Shown here piece by piece: positions 39,520 through 52,371 of a stretch of DNA of 64,000 nucleotides. How positions within the stretch are numbered: position 1 is the first letter of the stretch; every line of letters begins with the position of its first letter. The translations under genes and the position numbers were made by a program. Source of the DNA: Eledone cirrhosa. Taxonomy: Eukaryota. Under the pieces are notes generated by a model. The model ran no database searches and was not told the DNA's origin. It saw nothing but the letters and a program-made list of their open reading frames with translations. Location: contig OZ024741.1 of assembly GCA_964016885.1 (NCBI GenBank), positions 403,558,001 to 403,622,000 on the forward strand. Reading direction: 5' to 3'.

Positions 39520-40028
39520 ATTGTAAAAACAAAGAAAAAAAGACGAACAAACAAAAGCACATAGCAACAAATCTACTTTAGCCTTGATCGTAATGAATAT
39601 ATCATGGCTGAGATTAATCATTTATCACCTGTAACCTATATTTACAGAGTAAAGACAAACATTGCGATATAACCTTCTGCTGTATTTTATATACAATAGA
39701 CATAAAATCTGGTCTCAGGTTGCTTATCAAAAGAACACAGTTAATATAATAATATACATTGTTAGCAATCTTTTTCCATAGTGATGACATTCAAAATATA
39801 TGTTACATAGACAATCTATGCCTTTTCTGTCATTATTAAGAACGTGTCATACCTATGTTGGTTACATAATACAATTTCAAGAGAGTTACCAAGGTTTTAT
39901 TATATAAATTTAAATTCCTTGACCAGATTTTTCGTGTTAATAAATCAGAATAAAAATACATACATGAATAAATGTGAATATATTAGTTTCAATAACAATA
40001 AATGTCAGACGATGTAGGTTAGACAACA

Positions 40029-40410
40029 TACGAGAGTCGGCTGAGAAATTCATAGGCTGAACAGTTTATAGACTGAACAATTTATAGGCTGACCAAGAAA
40101 CTCTCATGGAATGACCAAATGAGGTTTATTTATCAACATAGTCCATGGAAAGAAACAATGCAGTTATTAAGAAGAGTTAAAATTAATGTATGCAAGATTT
40201 CACAGCTCTAGCATCACTCTTTGAAAAGTTTATAGGCTGACCAAGATACTCTCGTGGAATGACCAAATGAGGTTTATTTTTCAACATAGTCCCCGGAAAG
40301 AAAAATTGCAGTTATTAATAAGAAAAGTTGAAATTAATGCATGCAAGATTTCACAGCTCTAGCATCAATCCTTCATAGCAGCCTATGAACTTTTCAGCAG
40401 CCTTTCCTAT
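40029..40410. mobile_element. Mariner-like MITE with internal duplication
   Basis: TIRs TACGAGAGTCGGCTGAGAAATTCATAGGCTG and CAGCCTATGAACTTTTCAGCAGCC; a ~145-bp internal segment occurs twice. Confidence 0.75.
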
Positions 40411-41419
40411 ATTGTCGAGAATGTTGCAGAGCTGTCGAAACCATTTGATTTCCCTACACTGTTAAAATTCTCCCGAAAGTCATGAACCTCACAACATCAC
40501 ACTATGTCCCCATTAAATCTATAGAGCTTTGTATTTAGACAAAAATGAAATAGAATATAACAGCAAAACGTTCGAAAATTTTGTCAGAGAGAGAGAAGAG
40601 AAAATATGACGTGTCATCATATAACCTATGGCATCAGATGGCATCAAATATATGATTCTCTTCACATAATAAATAAGTTACACCATCATACAGGTACCAC
40701 TTCTACAAACCAATGAAAATAACTCTTCCATAGACACCAACTTCTGTTTCACACACAGATCTAACTACCACAAACATCTGCCAAACAATCCCCGCACACT
40801 CGTTAGAACACAAAGACATTTCAAATATTGACAGCCAATGAGAAGCAGATTATATATAAGAAAATGAAAAAAAAGGAAAATGAGAGACACCATCATACAA
40901 ACACATACTCCCATAAATCAACGGGAGCAACACTTCCACAGATACCAACTTTTGCTATACACATACATCTAACTACCACAAATACTACCACAATTAATCC
41001 CGAAGGATTACAGTAGGAGCTATTCTGTAGTAGGTCTTCTCATGTTGCTGGCCAGGGTCCTCTCTCTCGTGTGCTAGGAGGTTTTCACGAGGAGGAGGCG
41101 ACAATGTATTCATACACGATCTAATACGATTGGTTTGTTTAACCAAATCACATATGAAATATTGCTATTGCAAGGTATGAAGTAGTTCCACTACACACTA
41201 TTAGACCACATATCAGCTATGATCTCAATACATTCACATCAACGAAGAAAGAAAAATCACTTTTACAAACTTAAAAAAGAGCATATTGTAAAGGGTTTCA
41301 CGAAATAACAGACCACAGATTCAGACCACTATACTTAACCCTACAATACTCACGAACTTTATTCGAAGATGGCTTCAAAAACAAACAATCTCACCCACAT
41401 ACCATTTTAACTACAATTG

Positions 41420-42722
41420 GAATCAGCCATACTCACGTCTCTATTCTCTACTCTCTAAAGTCTAAACTCTGTCTCGAGTCCGGAGTCTCACCATTAGAAT
41501 CAGCCATACTCTCGTCTCTGTTCTCTGCTCTCTAAAGTCTAAACTCTGCCTCGAGTCCGGAGTCTCACCATTAGAATCAGCCATACTCTCGTCTCTATTC
41601 TCTGCTCTCTAAAATCTAAACTCTGTCTCGAGTCCGGAGTCTCACCATTAGAATCAGCCATACTCTCGTCTCTGTTCTCTGCTCTCTAAAGTCTAAACTC
41701 TGTCTCGAGTCCGGAGTCTCACCGTTAGAATCAGCCATACTCTCGTCTCTATTCTCCGCTCTCTAAAGTATAAACTCTGTCTCGAGTCCGGAGTCTCACC
41801 ATTAGAATCAGCCATACTCTCGTCTCTATTCTCTACTCTCTAAAGTCTAAACTCTGTCTCAAGTCCGGAGTCTCACCATTAGAATCAGCCATACCCTCGT
41901 CTCTATTCTCTGCTCTCTAAAGTCTAAACTCTGTCTCAAGTCCGGAGTCTCACCATTAGAATCAGCCATACTCACGTCTCTATTCTCTACTCTCTAAAGT
42001 CTAAACTCTGTCTCAAGTCCGGAGTCTCACCATTAGAATCAGCCATACTCTCGTCTCTATTCTTTGCTCTCTAAAGTCTAAACTCTGTCTCAAGTCCGGA
42101 GTCTCATCATTAGAATCAGCCATACTCTCGTCTCTATTCTCTGCTCTCTAAAGTCTAAACTCTGTCCCGAGTCCGGAGTCTCACCATTAGAATCAGCCAT
42201 ACCCTCGTCTCTATTCTCTGCTCTCTAAAGTATAAACTCTGTCTCGAGTCCGGAGTCTCACCATTAGAATCAGCCATACTCTCGTCTCTATTCTCTGCTC
42301 TCTAAAGTATAAACTCTGTCCCGAGTCCGGAGTCTCACCATTAGAATCAGCCATACCCTCGTCTCTATTCTCTGCTCTCTAAAGTCTAAACTCTGTCTCA
42401 AGTCCGGAGTCTCACCCTTAGAATCAGCCATACTCTCGTCTCTATTCTCTGCTCTCTAAAGTCTAAACTCTGTCCCGAGTCCGGAGTCTCACCATTAGAA
42501 TCAGCCATACCCTCGTCTCTATTCTCTGCTCTCTAAAGTCTAAACTCTGTCTCAAGTCCGGAGTCTCACCATTAGAATCAGCCATACCCTCGTCTCTATT
42601 CTCTGCTCTCTAAAGTCTAAACTCTGTCTCAAGTCCGGAGTCTCACCATTAGAATCAGCCATACCCTCGTCTCTATTCTCTGCTCTCTAAAGTATAAACT
42701 CTGTCTCGAGTCCGGAGTCTTA
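41420..42722. repeat. 77-bp satellite, ~17 units
   Basis: Period measured as AGAAT 41496 to 41573; unit AGAATCAGCCATACTCTCGTCTCTATTCTCTGCTCTCTAAAGTCTAAACTCTGTCTCGAGTCCGGAGTCTCACCATT. Confidence 0.97.
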
Positions 42723-42932
42723 TCTGGTCAGTACTTACTCCGGTTGCCATGGCATGAAGCGACTGAGAACACATCACCGGGTTAAACCCCCAGCTACTGC
42801 TGGTACTCATTTTCTGCTAAGTATACTGGAGAAACGTGAAATAAAGTAGTGTTTTAGTGAAGAACACAGCACACAACCCAATCCAGGAATCGAACCTATG
42901 CCATTATTATCGTAAGTCCAACACACTTACCC
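42690..42932 (-). mobile_element. CORE-type tRNA SINE whose 3' tail merges into the 77-bp array
   Basis: Homologous to 38719-38971 and to the reverse complement of 52372-52680. Confidence 0.8.
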
Positions 42933-43039
42933 CTCTCCGTATATAAAACTACTCAACACCACATTAGGAAAACAACATAAAAGGTTTGGTTAGCAAAGTA
43001 ATTGCAAAGTGAACAAGCCTAAGTCGTGTACAAATGCAA

Positions 43040-43150
43040 AAATCTTCTAGAATTTGTAATTTCCAGAATGGAGTACCACAGAGATCCGTCTCCTCCCGCA
43101 CACTGTTCAAACTAAGTCTATACGATTACCCAACACTTCTAGTATAACTG
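43040..43150 (+). mobile_element. Highly decayed LINE RT fragment
   Basis: Encodes FQNGVPQRSVSSRTLFKL, resembling the GVPQGSVLSPLLF motif. Confidence 0.4.
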
Positions 43151-43754
43151 ACTGCATATATACACTTGTAAAAGAATACAACATACAAATAAAGACACTA
43201 CTTTACAGGTAGAACATTATAAAATATTAAAAACAAACGAAAATGTATAAAGTAATTAAAAATATTTAACTAGAGTCTTTAGAAAAATGCCTGAAAGTAT
43301 AAAACTTTAACTAGTAATGCATGAAATTATACTCTACAGTATAAATTATTTAAACCATGGACATCTCTTTGGTAGAGAAAAGCGGTGTTGTAAAAACCAT
43401 TAATTCTCTGGCCTTTGACATATTATTGTAAAGAAATGATACAGAAAACATACCGTTGGGCAATAAATATTACAAACAATTCTTTAGATTAAAATAAAGA
43501 ACGCCCTAAAGCCCTTCTCAACAATGCAGTGTAAAGGATTTTATTTTTGTTGAGATTTTATATCTTTTCATCTTCTATCAGCTAATTGGGAGAATTTGCG
43601 AATAAGAATAATGGTGTATGACAAAATGGTATTGACTTTCTATAGAATCTATTGATTATGAACATCAAAGCTACAGTACTATTTGGTGCAGTCATATAAT
43701 ATAGCTTCGCCAACACACATTTGAGTATTTGTGTCGTCTGCTTGACGAAAACAT

Positions 43755-43755
<1 letters not shown>

Positions 43756-43785
<30 letters not shown>

Positions 43786-44015
43786 AAGAAGAAGAAGAAG
43801 AAGAAGAAGAAGAAGAAGAAGAAGAAGAAGAAGAAGAAGAAGAAGAAGAAGAAGAAGAAGAAGAAGAAGAAGAAGAAGAAGAAGAAGAAAAATAATAATA
43901 AGAAGAAATGGAAAGAAAGAAAACATTTCTCATTTTCTATTGCATTGCCTGAAAGAGAGAGAAAAAGATAGATAGATACACACACATAGATAGATAGATA
44001 GATAGATAGATAGAG

Positions 44016-44088
<73 letters not shown>
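43756..44088. repeat. (AAG)n, (GATA)n and (GA)n microsatellites
   Basis: Seen directly. Confidence 0.95.
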
Positions 44089-44091
<3 letters not shown>

Positions 44092-44353
44092 TAGCCAATA
44101 TGATTTGGATATATTAATAATTGAAAACTGGAGAAATATTGCTGTACTTTGGGGAGACAATTACAGTGGAGTCTATATTTTTGAGTAGCGACATATCTTT
44201 TGTTGTTTAATGAACTTCTAACTGTATTAGTTGACAGCGAACATGAGTACAGCGTGAATAACAATTGAAAGAGATGTCTGAAGATGTATTGCATATATAC
44301 TAACATGCTTAGATTCTAATGGATCTCCGTCAGTTTCAACGATGAATGTTCCA

Positions 44354-44376
44354 GTTGTTGTCGTTGTCGTCGTTGC

Positions 44377-44425
<49 letters not shown>

Positions 44426-44590
44426 CTTCTTCTTCTTCTTCTTCTTCTTCTTCTTCTTCTTCTTCTTCTTCTTCTTCTTCGCTCACTTATTCCTGAGGGG
44501 GTCGTGTGGGAAGAGTTCTGAAACACTCCCTCCAGCGGGTCCTGTCAGAAGCAACTGTCTCCAACTGATCCAGCTGGATCATCAAGCTAA
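44354..44590 (-). mobile_element. RTE-like LINE 3' end with (GAA)n/(CAA)n tail
   Basis: Encodes QLDQLETVASDRTRWRECFRTLPTRPPQE*; the same terminus and tail occur at 50417-50640. Confidence 0.7.
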
Positions 44591-44784
44591 TGAAGGGGGG
44601 GGGAGGGAGAACCGACCCAGTACTAGACTGGTACATTTTTTTTATCAACTTTGATTGGATGAAAGGCAAAGGTGGCCTCGGTAGGATTTGAACTGAGAAA
44701 GTTCAGAGCCGAAAGGAATATCGCAAAATATTCTACCTGACATTAAAACGACTCTGTCATTTGCCCGCCTGCGTCTACACATAA

Positions 44785-45965
44785 AGACCTCGTCAGTCAC
44801 GAATGACCCTGGGATTAGCACCTAGAAAGTTTCCCTCCGTGGGACAAGTCCGGGCAAGGTTTGTCTGTGGAAGACCAGCAGTCACCCATACATACCAGTC
44901 TCTCCCCTCCACGCCCCCGGTGTTGGCCAAGGGAAAAGCAATGACTGATACAGCTTGACAACTGTGACATCACAACTCATATATACACTATAAGTACAGC
45001 ATATAATACACTATATATGATGTTGGCCAAGGGAAAGGCAATGACTGATACAGCTTGACAACTGTGACATCACAACTCATATATACACAATACGTACAGC
45101 ATATAATACACTATATATGATGTTGTTCAAGGGAAAGGCAATGACTGATACACCTTGACAACTGTGACATCACAACTCATATATACACAATACGTACAGC
45201 ATATAATACACTATATATGATGTTGTTCAAGGGAAAGGCAATGACTGATACACCTTGACAAATGTGACATCACAACTCATATATACACCATACGTACAGC
45301 ATATAATACACTATATATGATGTTGTTCAAGGGAAAGGCAATGACTGATACACCTTGACAACTGTGACATCACAACTCATATATACACCATACGTACAGC
45401 ATATAATACACTATATATGATGTTGTTCAAGGGAAAGGCAATGGCTGATACAGTTTGACAACTGTGACATCACATCTCATATATACACAATACGTACAGA
45501 ATATAATACACTATATATGATGTTGTTCAAGGGAAAGGCAATGACTGATACAGCTTGACAACTGTGACATCACAACTCATATATACACCATACATACAGC
45601 ATATAATACACTATATATGATGTTGGCCAAGGGAAAGGCAATGACTGATACACCTTGACAACTGTGACATCACAACTCATATATACACTATACGTACAGC
45701 ATATACATTATACATACAGCATATATATATACTGTGTACAGTATATATTATACACTATATATGATGTTGTCCAAAGGAAAGGCAATGGCCGTTACAACTT
45801 GGCACCAGTGACGTCGCAACTCATTTCAACAGCTGAGTAAACTGCAGCAACATGAAATAAAGTGTCTTGCTCAAGGAAACAATGCATCACCTGGTCCGAG
45901 AATAGAACTCACAACCTCTCAATTGCAAACCCAATGCTCTAAGTACTGACCCATGTCCCACATAC
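44785..45965 (-). mobile_element. CORE-type tRNA SINE split by an internal 100-bp tandem array
   Basis: Head and core at 45790-45965 (AAAGTGTCTTGCTCAAGG), tail at 44785-44940. Confidence 0.8.
44920..45790. repeat. 100-bp satellite, ~8.5 units
   Basis: Period measured as TGATGTTG 45018 to 45118 to 45218. Confidence 0.97.
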
Positions 45966-46030
45966 CTGCATATAAAACATGAATAGACACATAAACAGCA
46001 TAAATAATGTGTGTGTGTGTGGGTGTGTGA

Positions 46031-46075
<45 letters not shown>

Positions 46076-46136
46076 CGAGAGAGAGAGATAGAGATAGATA
46101 GAGATAGATAGATAGAGATAGATAGAGATAGATAGA

Positions 46137-46843
46137 TTTCTTTATTAGCCACAAGGGCGCACAAGAAAAGGGGACAATACAAAGACATGCCGGGGATTTT
46201 ACATACAGTCATGTAAAAAATATAAAACAAACAATTATAACAATAGAAATCCCCAATAAGGGGGAAGCGCCACAAATGGGTGTTTAATACCCCGTAGAAA
46301 GAAAAACCCTCAACTTCAGGAGCGTGTTGTGCTAGTGCTCCTTTCTTCCTTTTGCTCTCTTCTTCAACCTAGATGTTTATATACAAAGAAAGCCCAATCA
46401 CTCGGGCCATTCTCGCCACATTCACCCACCTTTCAGTAAATTTACTGGGGTGCAGTGCCTCTCTCTCCACTCTGATTCTCCTTTTAAAGTGATACTTAAA
46501 GAAGGGAATCAATTGTTGTCCGGAGAGAAAGGCATCTGTCCGCAGTCCTCTCAATCTGGTCCACCATATAACCTCTTTCACCATAGCCACTATACAGAGG
46601 AAAACCACCTCTCTTTCGTTTTTGAAAGAGGCTGGCGGTTTGAACCTTACTATGGACTCGGCAGTCAACTGGATTTGTCCCATATGCGACAGCAGTTGTT
46701 CTGCATAGTTCCACAGTTTGGTTACGCCCGGGAAGTGTACAATTGCGTGCAGGACGGTTTCAATGTCCTGCTCACATCTTGGACACAACCTCTTGGAAGG
46801 ATCCCTGCCGGGGCGTCCGTGCCTGTAGATCTTGTCTCGAATC
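46137..46843 (-). mobile_element. Tx1-clade copy E (5'-truncated, same subfamily as B)
   Basis: Colinear with 29680-30385; GATA/GA repeats on both sides. Confidence 0.92.
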
Positions 46844-46855
46844 GGTTAGATAGAT

Positions 46856-46944
<89 letters not shown>

Positions 46945-47011
46945 AATACATATATATACATCGGGAATTTTACCCGCCCTATATATATATATAATATATA
47001 TATATATATAT

Positions 47012-47049
<38 letters not shown>

Positions 47050-47619
47050 TGTGACTGTGAGATTGTACTTTGAAACTAGGTATATTTAATACGATCAACC
47101 GATTAGCAGACGTTGTAGCTATTACTGGAACTAAATCATTTGCTAGATAATTGACTTCGTTATTACACACTTCAATGGAGGTCCCATCAAACTACTTCAC
47201 TGCAGTTGTCTCAGATTAATCAATATTCTCGCCTTTAAAACACTTGCAACGGATTAAAGCGACGTAAATGTTACGTTAAACGACATTCAATAGTTTAGCT
47301 ATATTTCCGTTCTGTTGTCTATCCCGTAGTAGAACCGGTTAGTTCTACTTTCCATATAACCTCTGCAAGATACGAGGCATGAACAGCAGACTATGACATT
47401 TAAATTATTGAATTATATATAAACGTGGAACTCTCTAAAACCGCCCCATGTACAAGCTATTCTGTTCTCTTTCCACCTTCCCACTTGTGTGTGTGACAGC
47501 TCACACCTATGTGTGTGTGTGTGACAGCTCACACTTATGCAGGTTTAACTGGCCTCCTTCAAGGTATATCTCGTTGGCGGTGTCTTGGGAAATTTAATGA
47601 TAGGGACCCCAGTCCTATC

Positions 47620-47766
47620 ATCTCATTTCTACAGCTGAGTAAACTGGAGCAACGTGAAATAAAGTGTCTTGCTCAAGGAAACAACACATCACCCGCTCCG
47701 ATAATTGAACTCACAACCTTTCGATTGCAAGTCCAATGCTTTAACCACTAAGCCATGTGCCTTCAC
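47620..47766 (-). mobile_element. CORE-type SINE head and core
   Basis: CTCATTTCTACAGCTGAGTAAACTGGAGCAACGTGAAATAAAGTGTCTTGCTCAAGG..CCATGTGCCTTCAC. Confidence 0.85.
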
Positions 47767-47770
47767 AATT

Positions 47771-48258
47771 TAAGCTGTTCTGTTCTCTGTCAACCTCCCC
47801 ACTTACAGTTTAAGCTGTTCTGTTCTCCGTCAACCTCCCCACTTACAGTTTAAGCTATTCTGTTCACTGTCAACCTCCCCACTAACAACAGAAGCTATTC
47901 TGTTCTCTGTCAACCTTCCCACTAACACTATAAGCTATTATATTCTCTGTCAACTTCCCCAGTAACAACACAAGCTCTTCTATTCTCTGTAAACCTCCCC
48001 ACTAACAAGACACGCTATTCTATTCTCTGTCATCCTCCCCACTAACAACACAAGCTATTCTATTCCCTGTCAACCTCCCCACTAACAACCCAAGCTTTTC
48101 TATTCTCTGTCAGCCTCCCCACTAACAACACAAGCTATTCTATTCTCTGTCGACCTCCCCAGTAATACTACAAGCTATTCTATTCTGTCGACCTCCCCAC
48201 TAACAACCCAAGCTATTCTATTCCCTATCAACCCTCCCCACTAACAACCCAAGCTATT
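47771..48258. repeat. 40-bp minisatellite, ~12 units
   Basis: Unit AAGCTATTCTATTCTCTGTCAACCTCCCCACTAACAACAC; period 47772 to 47812. Confidence 0.95.
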
Positions 48259-48533
48259 TAAATGTGATCTCATCTATCAAACGATAGCCTTCAATGTTAT
48301 ATATTAAGATGTTAAATCGTTGAAAAGGAAACTTGAAGACGTTCTGTCACAAAGTAAACGTTTATTCTAATTATTGCCCCTCCCCGCTCACGTTGGTTTG
48401 TCTTCTTGTTGTGGTTCTTATTGTTTATATCGATGCCTGATGTTCTCTTGTCAACTTTAGCTAATCTTAATTCCAAAGAAAAGACATTACATGAGGCACT
48501 TGAACGTTTACAATTACAATGAAAGTTTTTATA

Positions 48534-48890
48534 TACGAGTGTCGACTGGAATGTCCATAGTTTGACTATGAAAGAATGATGCTAGAGCTGTGAAATCTTG
48601 CATGTATTAATTTTAACGCTTCTTATTAATAACTGCATTGTTACTCTCCAGAGTCTATGTTGAAATCAAAACCTCATTTGGTCATTCCAGGAGAGTATCT
48701 TGGTCAGCCTATGAAGGAATGATGCTGAAGCTGTGAAATCTTACATGTATTAATTTCAACTCTTTCTTATTAATAACTGTATTGTTACTTTCCAGGACTA
48801 TGTTGAAAAATAAACCTCATTTGGTCATTCCATGAGAGTATCTTGGTCAGTTTATGAACTTTTGAGTCTATGAACTGTTCAGTCACCCTT
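48534..48890. mobile_element. Mariner-like MITE, inverted relative to 40029-40410
   Basis: GATGCTAGAGCTGTGAAATCTTGCAT..AAACCTCATTTGGTCATTCC is the reverse complement of the 40 kb copy and is also internally duplicated. Confidence 0.75.
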
Positions 48891-49311
48891 CTAGGTCTAC
48901 AGTGACCTTCCTCGCTGTTGTTTATCTAGTTTACATTCCCCAAGAAATTCTTAACAGACACAACATCATACTGTGACCTTTTAGAAAATAAGAACCTTCT
49001 TCTTTTCTAACTGATCTTTCAATAACTTCATACATGAGAAGCTGGGTATTATTACTGCATATCTCTGTCTCATTTTATCTTTATATACATTGATACACAT
49101 ATACATACATGCATATATGTATATTGCATGTATACATATATACTATTATACATATATATACATATATACATATATACATATATACATATATGCATACATA
49201 CATATATGCATATAACATGCAAATACACACACACACATATATATGCGTACATGTACTAACATACACACACATACATACATATTATATACACACTTACATA
49301 CATACACATTA

Positions 49312-49865
49312 CATGGTGGCTGCCAACTCGTTTTCGAGTACGGCCACTACTTTATATCCATGTAAGAGAACCCCTACCGATGGGCTGAACGAGTGTGACT
49401 TTTTAGTCCAGCCAGCGACTTGAAAACTCTCGTACAAACACTACACTTGACAATTATTGACACATAGTGCTGGGCCCATGGTACCATATGACGAAAAGTG
49501 CAGAGAGATCTCCAGATATAAAGCAATGCCTGTGCCGTGAAGCTTTTATAGTGAGCAAAGGCACTGCACAAAGCCAGTCCCACTCTCTTAACCAAGATGA
49601 TATTTACCAAAAAGAAGAACAAGTCAACATCATTGGATACCATCAGGGTTGCAGGTGTTATATCAGAGTTTTCCTTCTCCTAGAATTCTGCCTTGACAAA
49701 GGCTAAGGGGTCATCTCTCCCGGTTTTGTTTTTAGTCCTGCAGGATGTCCAAAGTCACCCTCCTCACCAAGAAACCTTGGTGGGGTTGCCAGTTTAGTCG
49801 CCAACGACCCGACCATGAGACAGGTTGTACTGGGATACATGTTACCAGTAGCACCAACTGATGAC
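49312..49865 (-). mobile_element. Non-autonomous bipartite RTE derivative
   Basis: 5' UTR motif CTAGGAGAAGGAAAACTCTGATATAACACC joined to an ORF end with a C2H2 finger (CSVCTRVFKSLAGLKSHTRSAH); no RT in between. Confidence 0.7.
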
Positions 49866-50416
49866 CTGACATAACATATTACATACATACTAATATACAT
49901 ACATATATATTATATACACACATACGTACATACATATTACATATATATAAATGAGAGGTATAGAGATTGTTTTAGCGAGATATTACATATATATATATAT
50001 AGATATATTAGGCATTACATTTGTACAGGTAGAGCTATCATAAATGTGTAATATTTGACGTAATATTCTACATCAAAGCAGGAGTTGTTACATGACATGT
50101 AAACTAGAAGCAGACGATATATTGACTTAGAAGGTTAGTCTGCTGTTTGATGTAAAAGTTTGACATAAAAACTTAAGTTTTCTGAATGTTACAAATACTG
50201 TTGAAAATATAGTTGTCTTTGTCTGTATAAAGTGCTGGATGTAAATGTCACCGACTTATTCCTAAACTTTTACACTGAGATATTTACTTCACCATTGATC
50301 AATTTAATTATTGGGAATTCTGTGAAACTCGTCAACAGCAGATGTCTGCGATAGAGATATTAAACAAGTTGGTATTTAGAGACAAATATGTGTAAAGTAG
50401 TGAAGTCTGTAAATAT

Positions 50417-50930
50417 TTTCTTCTTCTTCTTCTTCTTCTTCTTCTTCTTCTTCTTCTTCTTCTTCTTCTTCTTCTTCTTCTTCTCCACTTATTCCTGAGA
50501 GGGCCGTGGGGGCAGAGTCCTCAGCGGGTTCTGTCAGAAGCAACCATCTCTAACTGACTGTTCCAGCTGGATCACCAAGCGAGACCAGCCAAGCTCATGG
50601 ATGTTATCCAAACATCTTCCTCGGGGTCTACCCCTGGGTTTTCTGTCGACTGACCTTGCTTCTTATTTTTCAGTACTCACCGTTGGCACAGTCTGACTCC
50701 TACATTGAATAGTTCCGATTTATCACCATTTATCCGAACACAAATACTCGGGTATCCGTATAGAGACAACAAGAAGCTGACCATTGATCCCCCACTCCTG
50801 CACAACCTTCCTCAGCAGGTCCAGTTGAACGCAGTTATAAGTTTTTAAATCTTTTATAAAATCTATAACCGCATCTGCTACTCTCATTCAAGAATAATCC
50901 AGAATATTTGCAATGATCTCTTGTATTTTT
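50417..50930 (-). mobile_element. Internally deleted RTE-like LINE with (GAA)n tail
   Basis: RT remnant (KVVQEWGING..SICVRINGDKSELFNVGVRLCQ) joined to KPRGRPRGRCLDNI and the shared 3' end. Confidence 0.65.
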
Positions 50931-51359
50931 GCAACCTCCAGTTGTTATATTTTCAATGTTTCCTTATTAGTAATATCTAACTTATTTTATAGACATAAGA
51001 GCATCTTTATCAATGAAGTATTAGATAAAGGCGCGAGGACCAGGTGATGTGTTATGTCCTGGAGCGCCGCTCTTTCTGCCAGAAGTTGCTACCGGTAGAT
51101 AGTATCAACAATGGAAACATTGTTTTCTTGATCAAATTTGACGAGTTCTACTCAACTCGGTAAGCGAATGAAGTTTCGGATCTTGTCAGTTATTAAAAAA
51201 AATAGAATTAGGGGATTCTCGGCAACTTTACTTGAGCGATGACCAAAGGGATTACTAGATAAAGTTTAACTTAACAATGCTGATCTTTTGACGAATGAAA
51301 TTCCATTCTTTTTGAACCTGGCATAAAGAAAATCTTGTGTTGCTCAGTAATTGCTGATA

Positions 51360-51825
51360 TCATTCTTTGTCTTTGCTATTGCTCGATGGGACTGGTGTCA
51401 TTCCCGGTTAGCGAGCTTAGAGGTGTCACCGTGCATAGATCCAACAAGCTCCACCAGTGCCCTCCACGCTGGCGGTTCCGTGCCAGCCTCTCTACATCCT
51501 CCACGGTGATGTCGAGCTTCTGGAGATCTTCCTTAATCACATCCAGCTAACTGGTGCGGGGTCTGCCGTGGGGCCTCTTCTAATCCGCAACTACTGCGTC
51601 GAACCCGCATAAGGCCCTGGTAGGGTGATCTAGCGAGATGCGAAAGACATGTCTGTACCAGCGCATGCAGTGGTTGGCTATGTGGTGGAACGCTGCGGGC
51701 TGATGAGTGCGCACATGCAGCTTTTTGTTGGAGATACGGTGGTGCCATCTGATGTTCTCGATGGTCTCCAGGACTCTGCTATCGAAGCCGTTGATCCTCT
51801 TCAACTGTGTCACTTGATGATATTA
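51360..51825 (-). mobile_element. RTE-like LINE 3' fragment
   Basis: TQLKRINGFDSRVLETIENIRWHHRISN..MRWYRHVFRI..; decayed. Confidence 0.7.
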
Positions 51826-52371
51826 AGGAATCTTTCGGAAAGGTTTCAATAGCGCAGTAAGGATCAATTCGACCGCGTAGATAACCCATGGATCGATTCT
51901 TATAAAATTTAAATCTATAGGCACATAAAAATAATCAAGTAAGTGCTTGTGTCAATTTAATCAACTATACTCCACTCCACAGCAAGTTAAGTTCTTGAGC
52001 TTACGTTATTCATCGATGTTTAGCGCAGTGAAATGACCCAACCGTTTGGGCGCCAGGAATAATGCATTGTGGTATTTAGTTACTGCAATGTTGTGAAATG
52101 AAATTCTGCCGGAATCGACTTGGCTTTTCATCTCCTGGATCGAGTACAATAAAGTAGATGTGAAGCTATAGGCTCGATTTAATCGATTATATTCTCCACC
52201 ATATTGCGTAGACTTGTGTCAATTTGAGAAACAAATATTTAAATCTGATTCTATGTTTTGTGTTGAAACCACAGGCTCAACCAGAAAGCTACCAGAGAGT
52301 GACTGATAACAGCCGAATTGGGAGTTCATCTGGAAAGAAAAATACTAATAAAGAGGCGGCAACTTAGCAGT

